A stretch of DNA of 64,000 nucleotides, from contig OZ024743.1 of assembly GCA_964016885.1 (NCBI GenBank), positions 210,614,001 through 210,678,000 on the forward strand, read 5' to 3'. This stretch comes from Eledone cirrhosa (taxonomy: Eukaryota). This document shows positions 45,359 through 59,300 of this stretch, piece by piece. The position numbers and the translations under genes are program-made. How positions within the stretch are numbered: the first letter of the stretch is position 1; every line of letters starts with the position of its first letter. The notes under the pieces were generated by a model, which was not told the DNA's origin, did not search any database, and was given only the letters and a program-made list of their open reading frames with translations.

Positions 45359-48300
45359 TGAAAGCTCTTCACTCCATAAGATATACCACAGTTTACCATC
45401 CTGTAGCCAGATGAAAGCTCTTCACTCTATAAGATATACCACAGTTTACCAACCTATAGCCAGATGAAAGCTCTTCACTCCATAAGATATACCACAGTTT
45501 ACCATCCTGTAGCCAGATGAAAGCTCTTCATTCCATAAGATATACCACAGTTTACCATCCTATAGCCACACAGGAAAGCTCTTCACTCCATAAGATATAC
45601 CACAGTTTACCATCCTATAGGCAGATGAAAACTCTTCACTCCATAAGATATACCACAGTTTACCACCCTATAGCCAGATGAAAGCTCTTCACTCCATAAG
45701 ATATACCAGTTTACCATCCTATAGCCACAGATGAAAGCTCTTCGCTCCATAAGATATACCACAGTTTACCATCCTATAGCCACACATGAAAGCTCTTCAC
45801 TCCATAAGATATACCACAGTTTAACATCCTATAGCCACACATGAAAGCTCTTCACTCCATAAGATATACCACAGTTTACCATCCTGTAGCCAGATGAAAG
45901 CTCTTCACTCTATAAGATATACCACAGTTTACCATCCTATAGCCAGATGAAAGCTCTTCACTCCATAAGATATACCACAGATTACCATCCTGTAGCCAGA
46001 TGAAAGCTCTTCACTCCATAAGATATACAACAGTTTACCAACCTACAGCCACAGATGAAAGCTCTTCACTCCATAAGATATACCACAGTTTACCATCCTA
46101 TAGCCAGATGAAAGCTCTTCACTCCATAAGATATACCACAGTTTACCATCCTATAGCCACACATTAAAGCTCTTCACTCCATAAGATATACCACAGTTTA
46201 CCAACCTATAGCCACAGATGAAAGCTCTTCACTCCATAAGTTATACCACAGTTTACCATCCTATAGCCAGATGAAAGCTCTTCACTCCATAAGATATACC
46301 AGTTTACCATCATATAGCCACAGATGAAAGCTCTTCACTCCATAAGATATACCACAGTTTACCATCCTATAGCCAGATGAAAGCTCTTCACTCCATAAGA
46401 TATACCACATTCTACCATCCTATAGCCAGATGAAACCCTTCACTCCATAAGATATACAACAGTTTACCATCCTATAGCCACAGATGAAAGCTCTTCACTC
46501 CATAAGATATACCACAGTTTACCATCCTATGGCCACAGTTGAAAGCTCTTCACTCCATAAGATATACCACAGTTTACCATCCTATAGCCACACATGAAAG
46601 CTCTTCAATCCATAAGATATACCACAGTTTACCATCCTATAGCCATACATGAAAGCTCTTCAGTCCATAAGATATACGACAGTTTACCATCTTATAGCCA
46701 CACATGAAAGCTGTTCACTCCATAAGATATACCACAGTTTACCATCATATAGCCATGCATGAAAGCTCTTCAGTCCATAAGATATACCACAGTTTACCAT
46801 CCTATAGCCACAGATGAAAGCTCTTCACTCCATAATATATACCACAGTTTAACATCCGATAGCGAGATGAAAGCTCTTCACTCCATAAGATATACCACGG
46901 TTTACCATCCTATAGCCACACATGAAAGCTCTTCCCTCCATAAGATATACCACAGTTTACCATCTTATAGCCACAGATGAAAGCTCTTCACTCCATAAGA
47001 TATACCACAGTTTACCATCCTATGGCCACACATGAAAGCTCTTCACTCCATAAGATATACCACAGTTTACCATCCTATAGCCACATATGAAAGCTCTTCA
47101 CTCCATAAGTGATACCACAGTTTACCATCCTATAGCCATACATGAAAGCTCTTCAGTCCATAAGATATACCACAGTTTACCATCTTATAGCCACACATGA
47201 AAGCTGTTCACTCCATAAGATATACCACAGTTTACCATCCTATAGCCATGCATGAAAGCTCTTCAGTCCATAAGATATACCACGGTTTACCATCCTATAG
47301 CCACACATGAAAGCTCTTCACTCCATAAGATATACCACAGTTTACCATCCTATAGCCACAGATGAAAGCTCTTCACTCCGTAAGATATACCACAGTTTAC
47401 CATCCTATGGCCACACATGAAAGCTCTTCACACCATAAGATATACCACAGTTTACCATCCTATAGCCATGCATGAAAGTTCTTCAGTCCATAAGATATAC
47501 CACAGTTTACCATCCTATAGCCAGATGAAAGCTCTTCACTCCATAAGATATACCACAGTTTACCATCCTATAGCCACAGATGAAAGCTCTTCACTCCATA
47601 AGATATACCACAGTTTACCATCCTATGGCCACACATGAAAGCTCTTCACACCATAAGATATACCACAGTTTACCATCCTATAGCCACACATGAAACTCTT
47701 CACTCCATAGGATATACCACAGTTTACCATCCTATAGCCACACATGAATGCTCTTCACTCCATAGGATATACCACAGTTTACCATCCTATAGCCATACAT
47801 GAAAGCTCTTCAGTCCATAAGATATACCACAGTTTACCATCCTATAGCCACAGATGAAAGCTCTTCACTCCATAAGATATACTACAGTTTACCATCCTAT
47901 AGCCAGATGAAAGCTCTTCACTCCATAAGATATAGCACAGTTTACCATCCTATAGCCACAGATGAAAGCTCTTCATTCCATAAGATATACCACAGTTTAC
48001 CATCCTATTGCCACACATGAAAGCTCTTCACTCCATAAGATATACCACAGTTTACCATGTTATAGCCACACATGAAAGCTCTTCAATCCATAAGATATAC
48101 CACAGTTTACCATCCTATAGCCACAGATGAAAGCTCTTCACTCCATAAGATATACTACAGTTTACCATCCTATGGCCACACATGAAAGCTCTTCACTCCA
48201 TAGGATATACCACAGTTTACCAGCCTATAGCCACACATGAAAGCTCTTCACTCCATAGGATATACCACAGTTTACCATCCTATAGCCACAGATGAAAGCT

Positions 48301-51300
48301 CTTCACTCTATAAGATATACTACAGTTTACCATCCTATAGCCAGATGAAAGCTCTTCACACCATAAGATATAGCACAGTTTACCAGCCTATAGCCACAGA
48401 TGAAAGCTCTTCACTCAATAATATATACCACAGTTTACCATCCTATAGCAAGATGAAAGCTCTTCACTCCATAAGATATACCACAATTTACCATCCTATA
48501 GCCACACATGAAAGCTCTTCACTCCATAAGATATACCACAGTTTACCATCCTATAGCCAGATGAAAGCTCTTCACTCCATAAATATATCACAGTTTACCA
48601 TCCTATAGCCACAGATGAAAGCTCTTCACTCCATAAGATATACCACAGTTTACCATCCTATAGCCACACATGAAAACTCTTCACTCCATAAGATATACCA
48701 CAGTTTACCATCCTATAGCCACACATGAAAGCTCTTCACTCCATAAGATATACCACAGTTTACCATCCTATAGGCAGATGAAAACTCTTCACTCCATAAG
48801 ATATACCACAGTTTACCATCCTATAGCCAGATGAAAGCTCTTCACTCCATAAGATATACCAGTTTACCATCCTATAGCCACAGATGAAAGCTCTTCGCTC
48901 CATAAGATATAACACAGTTTACCACCCTATAGCCAGATGAAAGATCTTCACTCCATAAGATATACCAGTTTACCATCCTATAGCCACAGATGAAAGCTCT
49001 TCACTCCATAAGATATACCACAGTTTACCATCCTATAGCCACACATGAAAGCTCTTCACTCCATAAGATATACCAGTTTACCATCCTATAGCCACAGATG
49101 AAAGCTCTTCACTCCATAAGATATACCACAGTTTACCACCCTATAGCCAGATGAAAGCTCTTCACTCCATAAGATATACCAGAGTTTACCATCCTATAGC
49201 CACACATGAAAGCTCTTCACTCCATAAGATATACCACAGTTTACCATCATATAGCCACAGATGAATGCACATCACTCCATAAGATATACCACAGTTTACC
49301 ATCCTATAGCCACAGATGAAAGCTCTTCACCCCATAAGATATACCACAGTTTACCATCCTATAGCCACAGATGAAAGCTCTTCGCTCCATAAGATATACC
49401 ACAGTTTACCATCCTATAGCCACACATGAAAGCTCTTCACTCCATGAGATATACCACAGTTTAACATCCTATAGCCACACATGAAAGCTCTTCACTCCAT
49501 AAGATATACCACAGTTTACCATCCTGTAGCCAGATGAAAGCTCTTCACTCTATAAGATATACCACAGTTTACCAACCTATAGCCAGATGAAAGCTCTTCA
49601 CTCCATAAGATATACCACAGTTTACCATCCTGTAGCCAGATGAAAGCTCTTCATTCCATAAGATATACCACAGTTTACCATCCTATAGCCATACAGGAAA
49701 GCTCTTCACTCCATAAGATATACCACAGTTTACCATCCTATAGGCAGATGAAAACTCTTCACTCCATAAGATATACCACAGTTTACCACCCTATAGCCAG
49801 ATGAAAGCTCTTCACTCCATAAGATATACCAGTTTACCATCCTATAGCCACAGATGAAAGCTCTTCGCTCCATAAGATATACCACAGTTTACCATCCTAT
49901 AGCCACACATGAAAGCTCTTCACTCCATAAGATATACCACAGTTTAACATCCTATAGCCACACATGAAAGCTCTTCACTCCATAAGATATACCACAGTTT
50001 ACCATCCTGTAGCCAGATGAAAGCTCTTCACTCTATAAGATATACCACAGTTTACCATCCTATAGCCAGATGAAAGCTCTTCACTCCATAAGATATACCA
50101 CAGATTACCATCCTGTAGCCAGATGAAAGCTCTTCACTCCATAAGATATACAACAGTTTACCAACCTATAGCCACAGATGAAAGCTCTTCACTCCATAAG
50201 ATATACCACAGTTTACCATCCTATAGCCAGATGAAAGCTCTTCACTCCATAAGATATACCACAGTTTACCATCCTATAGCCACACATTAAAGTTCTTCAC
50301 TCCATAAGATATACCACAGTTTACCAACCTATAGCCACAGATGAAAGCTCTTCACTCCATAAGTTATACCACAGTTTACCATCCTATAGCCAGATGAAAG
50401 CTCTTCACTCCATAAGATATACCAGTTTACCATCATATAGCCACAGATGAAAGCTCTTCACTCCATAAGATATACCACAGTTTACCATCCTATAGCCAGA
50501 TGAAAGCTCTTCACTCCATAAGATATACCACATTCTACCATCCTATAGCCAGATGAAACCCTTCACTCCATAAGATATACAACAGTTTCCCATCCTATAG
50601 CCACAGATGAAAGCTCTTCAGTCCATAAGATATACCACAGTTTACCATCTTATAGCCACACATGAAAGCTGTTCACTCCATAAGATATACCACAGTTTAC
50701 CATCCTATAGCCATGCATGAAAGCTCTTCAGTCCATGAGATATACCACAGTTTACCATCCTATAGCCACAGATGAAAGCTCTTCACTCCATAATATATAC
50801 CACAGTTTAACATCCGATAGCGAGATGAAAGCTCTTCACTCCATAAGATATACCACGGTTTACCATCCTATAGCCACACATGAAAGCTCTTCCCTCCATA
50901 AGATATACCACAGTTTACCATCTTATAGCCACAGATGAAAGCTCTTCACTCCATAAGATATACCACAGTTTACCATCCTATGGCCACACATGAAAGCTCT
51001 TCACTCCATAAGATATACCACAGTTTACCATCCTATAGCCACACATGAAAGCTCTTCAATCCATAAGATATACCACAGTTTACCATCCTATAGCCATACA
51101 TGAAAGCTCTTCAGTCCATAAGATATACCACAGTTTACCATCTTATAGCCACACATGAAAGCTGTTCACTCCATAAGATATACCACAGTTTACCATCCTA
51201 TAGCCATGCATGAAAGCTCTTCAGTCCATAAGATATACCACGGTTTACCATCCTATAGCCACACATGAAAGCTCTTCACTCCATAAGATATACCACAGTT

Positions 51301-52830
51301 TACCATCCTATAGCCACAGATGAAAGCTCTTCACTCCATAAGATATACCACAGTTTACCATCCTATGGCCACACATGAAAGCTCTTCACACCATAAGATA
51401 TACCACAGTTTACCATCCTATAGCCATGCATGAAAGCTCTTCAGTCCATAAGATATACCACAGTTTACCATCCTATAGCCAGATGAAAGCTCTTCACTCC
51501 ATAAGATATACCACAGTTTACCATCCTATAGCCACAGATGAAAGCTCTTCACTCCATAAGATATACCACAGTTTACCATCCTATGGCCACACATGAAAGC
51601 TCTTCACACCATAAGATATACCACAGTTTACCATCCTATAGCCACACATGAAACTCTTCACTCCATAGGATATACCACAGTTTACCATCCTATAGCCACA
51701 CATGAATGCTCTTCACTCCATAGGATATACCACAGTTTACCATCCTATAGCCATACATGAAAGCTCTTCAGTCCATAAGATATACCACAGTTTACCATCC
51801 TATAGCCACAGATGAAGGCTCTTCACTCCATAAGATATACTACAGTTTACCATCCTATAGCCAGATGAAAGCTCTTCACTCCATAAGATATAGCACAGTT
51901 TACCATCCTATAGCCACAGATGAAAGCTCTTCATTCCATAAGATATACCACAGGTTACCATCCTATTGCCACACATGAAAGCTCTTCACTCCATAAGATA
52001 TACCACAGTTTACCATGTTATAGCCACACATGAAAGCTCTTCAATCCATAAGATATACCACAGTTTACCATCCTATAGCCACAGATGAAAGCTCTTCACT
52101 CCATAAGATATACTACAGTTTACCATCCTATGGCCACACATGAAAGCTCTTCACTCCATAGGATATACCACAGTTTACCAGCCTATAGCCACACATGAAA
52201 GCTCTTCACTCCATAGGATATACCACAGTTTACCATCCTATAGCCACACATGAAAGCTCTTCACTCCATAACCATAGTTTACCATTCTATAGCCACACAT
52301 GAAAGCTCTTCACTCCATAAGATATACCACAGTTTACCATCCTATAGCCACAGATGAAAGCTCTTTACACCATGAGATATACCACAGTTTACCATCCTAT
52401 AGCCACAGATGAAAGCTCTTCAGTCCATAAGATATACCACAGTTTACCATCCTATAGCCACACATGAAAGCTCTTCACTCCATAAGTGATACCACAGTTT
52501 ACCATCCTATAGCCATACATGAAAGCTCTTCAGTCCATAAGATATACCACAGTTTACCATCCTATAGCCACCCATGAAAGCTCTTCACTCCATAAGATAT
52601 ACCACAGTTTACCATCATATGGCCACACATCAAAGCTCTTCACTCCATAAGATATACCACAGTTTACCACCCTATAGCCAGATGAAAGCTCTTCACTCCA
52701 TAAGATATACCAGAGTTTACCATCCTATAGCCACACATGAAAGCTCTTCACTCCATAAGATATACCACAGTTTACCATCATATAGCCACAGATGAATGCA
52801 CATCACTCCATAAGATATACCACAGTTTAC
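45359..52830 (+). repeat. Dispersed ~7.3-kb copy of ~4634-11950 (offset 40725, then ~40890 after a 3-monomer indel near 50620)
   Basis: Offsets 6034>46759, 6692>47417, 7074>47799 and 7512>48237 equal 40725; 10485>51375 and 10867>51757 equal 40890. Shared rare variants: ccacacagga (4841/45566), ctccgtaaga (6651/47376), aagttcttcagtcc (6751/47476), attaaagttc (9561/50286). Confidence 0.9.
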
Positions 52831-55800
52831 CATCCTGTAGCCAGATGAAAGCTCTTCACTCTATAAGATATACCACAGTTTACCATCCTATAGCCAGATG
52901 AAAGCTCTTCACTCCATAAGATATACCACAGATTACCATCCTGTAGCCAGATGAAAGCTCTTCACTCCATAAGATATACAACAGTTTACCAACCTATAGC
53001 CACAGATGAAAGCTCTTCACTCCATAAGATATACCACAGTTTACCATCCTATAGCCAGATGAAAGCTCTTCACTCCATAAGATATACCACAGTTTACCAT
53101 CCTATAGCCACACATTAAAGCTCTTCACTCCATAAGATATACCACAGTTTACCAACCTATAGCCACAGATGAAAGCTCTTCACACCATAAGTTATACCAC
53201 AGTTTACCATCCTATAGCCAGATGAAAGCTCTTCACTCCATAAGATATACCAGTTTACCATCATATAGCCACAGATGAAAGCTCTTCACTCCATAAGATA
53301 TACCACAGTTTACCATCCTATAGCCAGATGAAAGCTCTTCACTCCATAAGATATACCACATTCTACCATCCTATAGCCAGATGAAACCCTTCACTCCATA
53401 AGATATACAACAGTTTACCATCCTATAGCCACAGATGAAAGCTCTTCACTCCATAAGATATACCACAGTTTACCATACTATGGCCACAGTTGAAAGCTCT
53501 TCACTCCATAAGATATACCACAGTTTACCATCCTATAGCCACACATGAAAGCTCTTCAATCCATAAGATATACCACAGTTTACCATCCTATAGCCATACA
53601 TGAAAGCTCTTCAGTCCATAAGATATACCACAGTTTACCATCTTATAGCCACACATGAAAGCTGTTCACTCCATAAGATATACCACAGTTTACCATCCTA
53701 TAGCCATGCATGAAAGCTCTTCAGTCCATGAGATATACCACAGTTTACCATCCTATAGCCACAGATGAAAGCTCTTCACTCCATAATATATACCACAGTT
53801 TAACATCCGATAGCGAGATGAAAGCTCTTCACTCCATAAGATATACCACGGTTTACCATCCTATAGCCACACATGAAAGCTCTTCCCTCCATAAGATATA
53901 CCACAGTTTACCATCTTATAGCCACAGATGAAAGCTCTTCACTCCATAAGATATACCATAGTTTACCATCCTATGGCCACACATGAAAGCTCTTCACTCC
54001 ATAAGATATACCACAGTTTACCATCCTATAGCCACACATGAAAGCTCTTCACTCCATAAGTGATACCACAGTTTACCATCCTATAGCCATACATGAAAGC
54101 TCTTCAGTCCATAAGATATACCACAGTTTACCATCTTATAGCCACACATGAAAGCTGTTCACTCCATAAGATATACCACAGTTTACCATCCTATAGCCAT
54201 GCATGAAAGCTCTTCAGTCCATAAGATATACCACGGTTTACCATCCTATAGCCACACATGAAAGCTCTTCACTCCATAAGATATACTACAGTTTACCATC
54301 CTATAGCCACAGATGAAAGCTCTTCACTCCATAAGATATACCACAGTTTACCATCCTATGGCCACACATGAAAGCTCTTCACACCATAAGATATACCACA
54401 GTTTACCATCCTATAGCCATGCATGAAAGCTCTTCAGTCCATAAGATATACCACAGTTTACCATCCTATAGCCAGATGAAAGCTCTTCACTCCATAAGAT
54501 ATACCACAGTTTACCATCCTATAGCCACAGATGAAAGCTCTTCACTCCATAAGATATACCACAGTTTACCATCCTATGGCCACACATGAAAGCTCTTCAC
54601 ACCATAAGATATACCACAGTTTACCATCCTATAGCCACACATGAAACTCTTCACTCCATAGGATATACCACAGTTTACCATCCTATAGCCACACATGAAT
54701 GCTCTTCACTCCATAGGATATACCACAGTTTACCATCCTATAGCCATACATGAAAGCTCTTCAGTCCATAAGATATACCACAGTTTACCATCCTATAGCC
54801 ACAGATGAAAGCTCTTCACTCCATAAGATATACTACAGTTTACCATCCTATAGCCAGATGAAAGCTCTTCACTCCATAAGATATAGCACAGTTTACCATC
54901 CTATAGCCACAGATGAAAGCTCTTCATTCCATAAGATATACCACAGTTTACCATCCTATTGCCACACATGAAAGCTCTTCACTCCATAAGATATACCACA
55001 GTTTACCATGTTATAGCCACACATGAAAGCTCTTCAATCCATAAGATATACCACAGTTTACCATCCTATAGCCACAGATGAAAGCTCTTCACTCCATAAG
55101 ATATACTACAGTTTACCATCCTATGGCCACACATGAAAGCTCTTCACTCCATAGGATATACCACAGTTTACCAGCCTATAGCCACACATGAAAGCTCTTC
55201 ACTCCATAGGATATACCACAGTTTACCATCCTATAGCCACACATGAAAGCTCTTCACTCCATAACCATAGTTTACCATTCTATAGCCACACATGAAAGCT
55301 CTTCACTCCATAAGATATACCACAGTTTACCATCCTATAGCCACAGATGAAAGCTCTTTACACCATGAGATATACCACAGTTTACCATCCTATAGCCACA
55401 GATGAAAGCTCTTCAGTCCATAAGATATACCACAGTTTACCATCCTATGGCCACACATGAAAGCTCTTCACCCATAAGATATACCACAGTTTACCATCCT
55501 TTCGCAAGATGAAAGCTCTTCACTCCATAGGATATACCACAGTTTACCATCCTATAGCCACCCATGAAAGCTCTTCACTCCATAAGATATACCACAGTTT
55601 ACCATCATATGGCCACACATCAAAGCTCTTCACTCCATAAGATATACCACAGTTTACCACCCTATAGCCAGATGAAAGCTCTTCACTCCATAAGATATAC
55701 CAGAGTTTATCATCCTATAGCCACACATGAAAGCTATTCACTCCATAAGATATACCACAGTTTACCATCATATAGCCACAGATGAATGCACATCACTCCA

Positions 55801-56379
55801 TAAGATATACCACAGTTTACCATCCTATAGCCACAGATGAAAGCTCTTCACCCCATAAGATATACCAGAGTTTACCATCCTATAGCCACAGATGAAAGCT
55901 CTTCGCTCCATAAGATATACCACAGTTTACCATCCTATAGCCACACATGAAAGCTCTTCACTCCATAAGATATACCACAGTTTACCATCCTATAGCCACA
56001 GATGAAAGCTCTTCGCTCCATAAGATATACCACAGTTTACCATCCTATAGCCACACATGAAAGCTCTTCACTCCATGAGATATACCACAGTTTAACATCC
56101 TATAGCGACACATGAAAGCTCTTCACTCCATAAGATATACCACAGTTTACCATCCTGTAGCCAGATGAAAGCTCTTCACTCTATAAGATATACCACAGTT
56201 TACCATCCTATAGCCAGATGAAAGCTCTTCACTCCATAAGATATACCACAGTTTACCATCCTGTAGCCAGATGAAAGCTCTTCATTCCATAAGATATACC
56301 ACAGTTTACCATCCTATAGCCACACATGAAAGCTCTTCACTCCATAAAATATACCACAGTTACCATCCTATAGGCAGAT

Positions 56380-59300
56380 GAAAACTCTTCACTCCATAAG
56401 ATATACCACAGTTTACCACCCTATAGCCAGATGAAAGCTCTTCACTCCATAAGATATACCAGTTTACCATCCTATAGCCACAGATGAAAGCTCTTCGCTC
56501 CATAAGATATACCACAGTTTACCACCCTATAGTCAGATGAAAGATCTTCACTCCATAAGATATACCAGTTTACCATCCTATAGCCACAGATGAAAGCTCT
56601 TCACTCCATAAGATATACCACAGTTTACCACCCTATAGCCAGATGAAAGCTCTTCACTCCATAAGATATACCAGAGTTTACCATCCTATAGCCACACATG
56701 AAAGCACTTCACTCCATAAGATATACCACAGTTTACCATCATATACCCACAGATAAATGCACATCACTCCATAAGATATACCACAGTTTACCATCCTATA
56801 GCCACAGATGAAAGCTCTTCACCCCATAAGATATACCACAGTTTACCATCCTATAGCCACAGATGAAAGCTCTTCGCTCCATAAGATATACCACAGTTTA
56901 CCATCCTATAGCCACACATGAAAGCTCTTCACTCCATAAGATATACCACAGTTTAACATCCTATAGCCACACATGAAAGCTCTTCACTCCATAAGATATA
57001 CCACAGTTTACCATCCTGTAGCCAGATGAAAGCTCTTCACTCTATAAGATATACCACAGTTTACCATCCTATAGCCAGATGAAAGCTCTTCACTCCATAA
57101 GATATACCACAGATTACCATCCTGTAGCCAGATGAAAGCTCTTCACTCCATAAGATATACCACAGATTACCATCCTGTAGCCAGATGAAAGCTCTTCACT
57201 CCATAAGATATACAACAGTTTACCAACCTATAGCCACAGATGAAAGCTCTTCACTCCATAAGATATACCACAGTTTACCATCCTATAGCCAGATGAAAGC
57301 TCTTCACTCCATAAGATATACCACAGTTTACCATCCTATAGCCACACATTAAAGCTCTTCACTCCATAAGATATACCACAGTTTACCAACCTATAGCCAC
57401 AGATGAAAGCTCTTCACTCCATAAGTTATACCACAGTTTACCATCCTATAGCCAGATGAAAGCTCATCACTCCATAAGATATACCAGTTTACCATCATAT
57501 AGCCACAGACGAAAGCTCTTCACTCCATAAGATATACCACAGTTTACCATCCTATAGCCAGATGAAAGCTCTTCACTCCATAAGATATACCACATTCTAC
57601 CATCCTATAGCCAGATGAAACCCTTCACTCCATAAGATATACAACAGTTTACCATCCTATAGCCACAGATGAAAGCTCTTCACTCCATAAAATATACCAC
57701 AGTTTACCATCCTATGGCCACAGATGAAAGCTCTTCACTCCATAAGATATACCACAGTTTACCATCCTATAGCCACACATGAAAGCTCTTCACTCCATAA
57801 GATATACCACAGTTTACCATCCTATAGCCATACATGAAAGCTCTTCAGTCCATAAGATATACCACAGTTTACCATCTTATAGCCACACATGAAAGCTGTT
57901 CACTCCATGAGATATACCACAGTTTACCATCCTATAGCCATGCATGAAAGCTCTTCAGTCCATAAGATATACCACAGTTTACCATCCTATAGCCACAGAT
58001 GAAAGCTCTTCACTCCATAATATATACCACAGTTTAACATCCGATAGCGAGATGAAAGCTCTTCACTCCATAAGATATACCACGGTTTACCATCCTATAG
58101 CGACACATGAAAGCTCTTCACTCCATAAGATATACCACAGTTTACCATCCTATAGCTACAGATGAAAGCTCTTCACTCCATAAGATATACCACAGTTTAC
58201 CATCCTATGGCCACACATGAAAGCTCTTCACTCCATAAGATATACCACAGTTTACCATCCTTTCGCAAGATGAAAGCTCTTCACTCCATAGGATATACCA
58301 CAGTTTACCATCCTATAGCCACCCATGAAAGCTCTTCACTCCATAAGATATACCACAGTTTACCATCATATGGCCACACATCAAAGCTCTTCACCCATGA
58401 GATATACCACAGTTTACCATCCTGTAGCCAGATGAAAGCTCTTCACTCCATAAGATATACAACAGTTTACCATCCTATAGCCACACATGAAAGCTCTTCA
58501 CTCCATAAGATATACCACAGTTTACCATCATATAGCCACAGATGAATGCACATCACTCCATAAGATATACCACAGTTTACCATCCTATAGCCACAGATGA
58601 AAGCTCTTCACCCCATAAGATATACCAGAGTTTACCATCCTATAGCCACAGATGAAAGCTCTTCGCTCCATAAGATATACCACAGTTTACCATCCTATAG
58701 CCACACATGAAAGCTCTTCACTCCTTAAGATATACCACAGTTTACCATCCTATAGCCACAGATGAAAGCTCTTCGCTCCATAAGATATACCACAGTTTAC
58801 CATCCTATAGCCACACATGAAAGCTCTTCACTCCATGAGATATACCACAGTTTAACATCCTATAGCGACACATGAAAGCTCTTCACTCCATAAGATATAC
58901 CACAGTTTACCATCCTGTAGCCAGATGAAAGCTCTTCACTCTATAAGATATACCACAGTTTACCATCCTATAGCCAGATGAAAGCTCTTCACTCCATAAG
59001 ATATACCACAGTTTACCATCCTGTAGCCAGATGAAAGCTCTTCATTCCATAAGATATACCACAGTTTACCATCCTATAGCCACACATGAAAGCTCTTCAC
59101 TCCATAAGATATACCACAGTTTACCATCCTGTAGCCAGATGAAAGCTCTTCATTCCATAAGATATACCACAGTTTACCATCCTATAGCCACACATGAAAG
59201 CTCTTCACTCCATAAGATATACCACAGTTTACCATCCTATAGCCACAGATGAAAACTCTTCACTCCATAAGATATACCACAGTTTACCACCCTATAGCCA

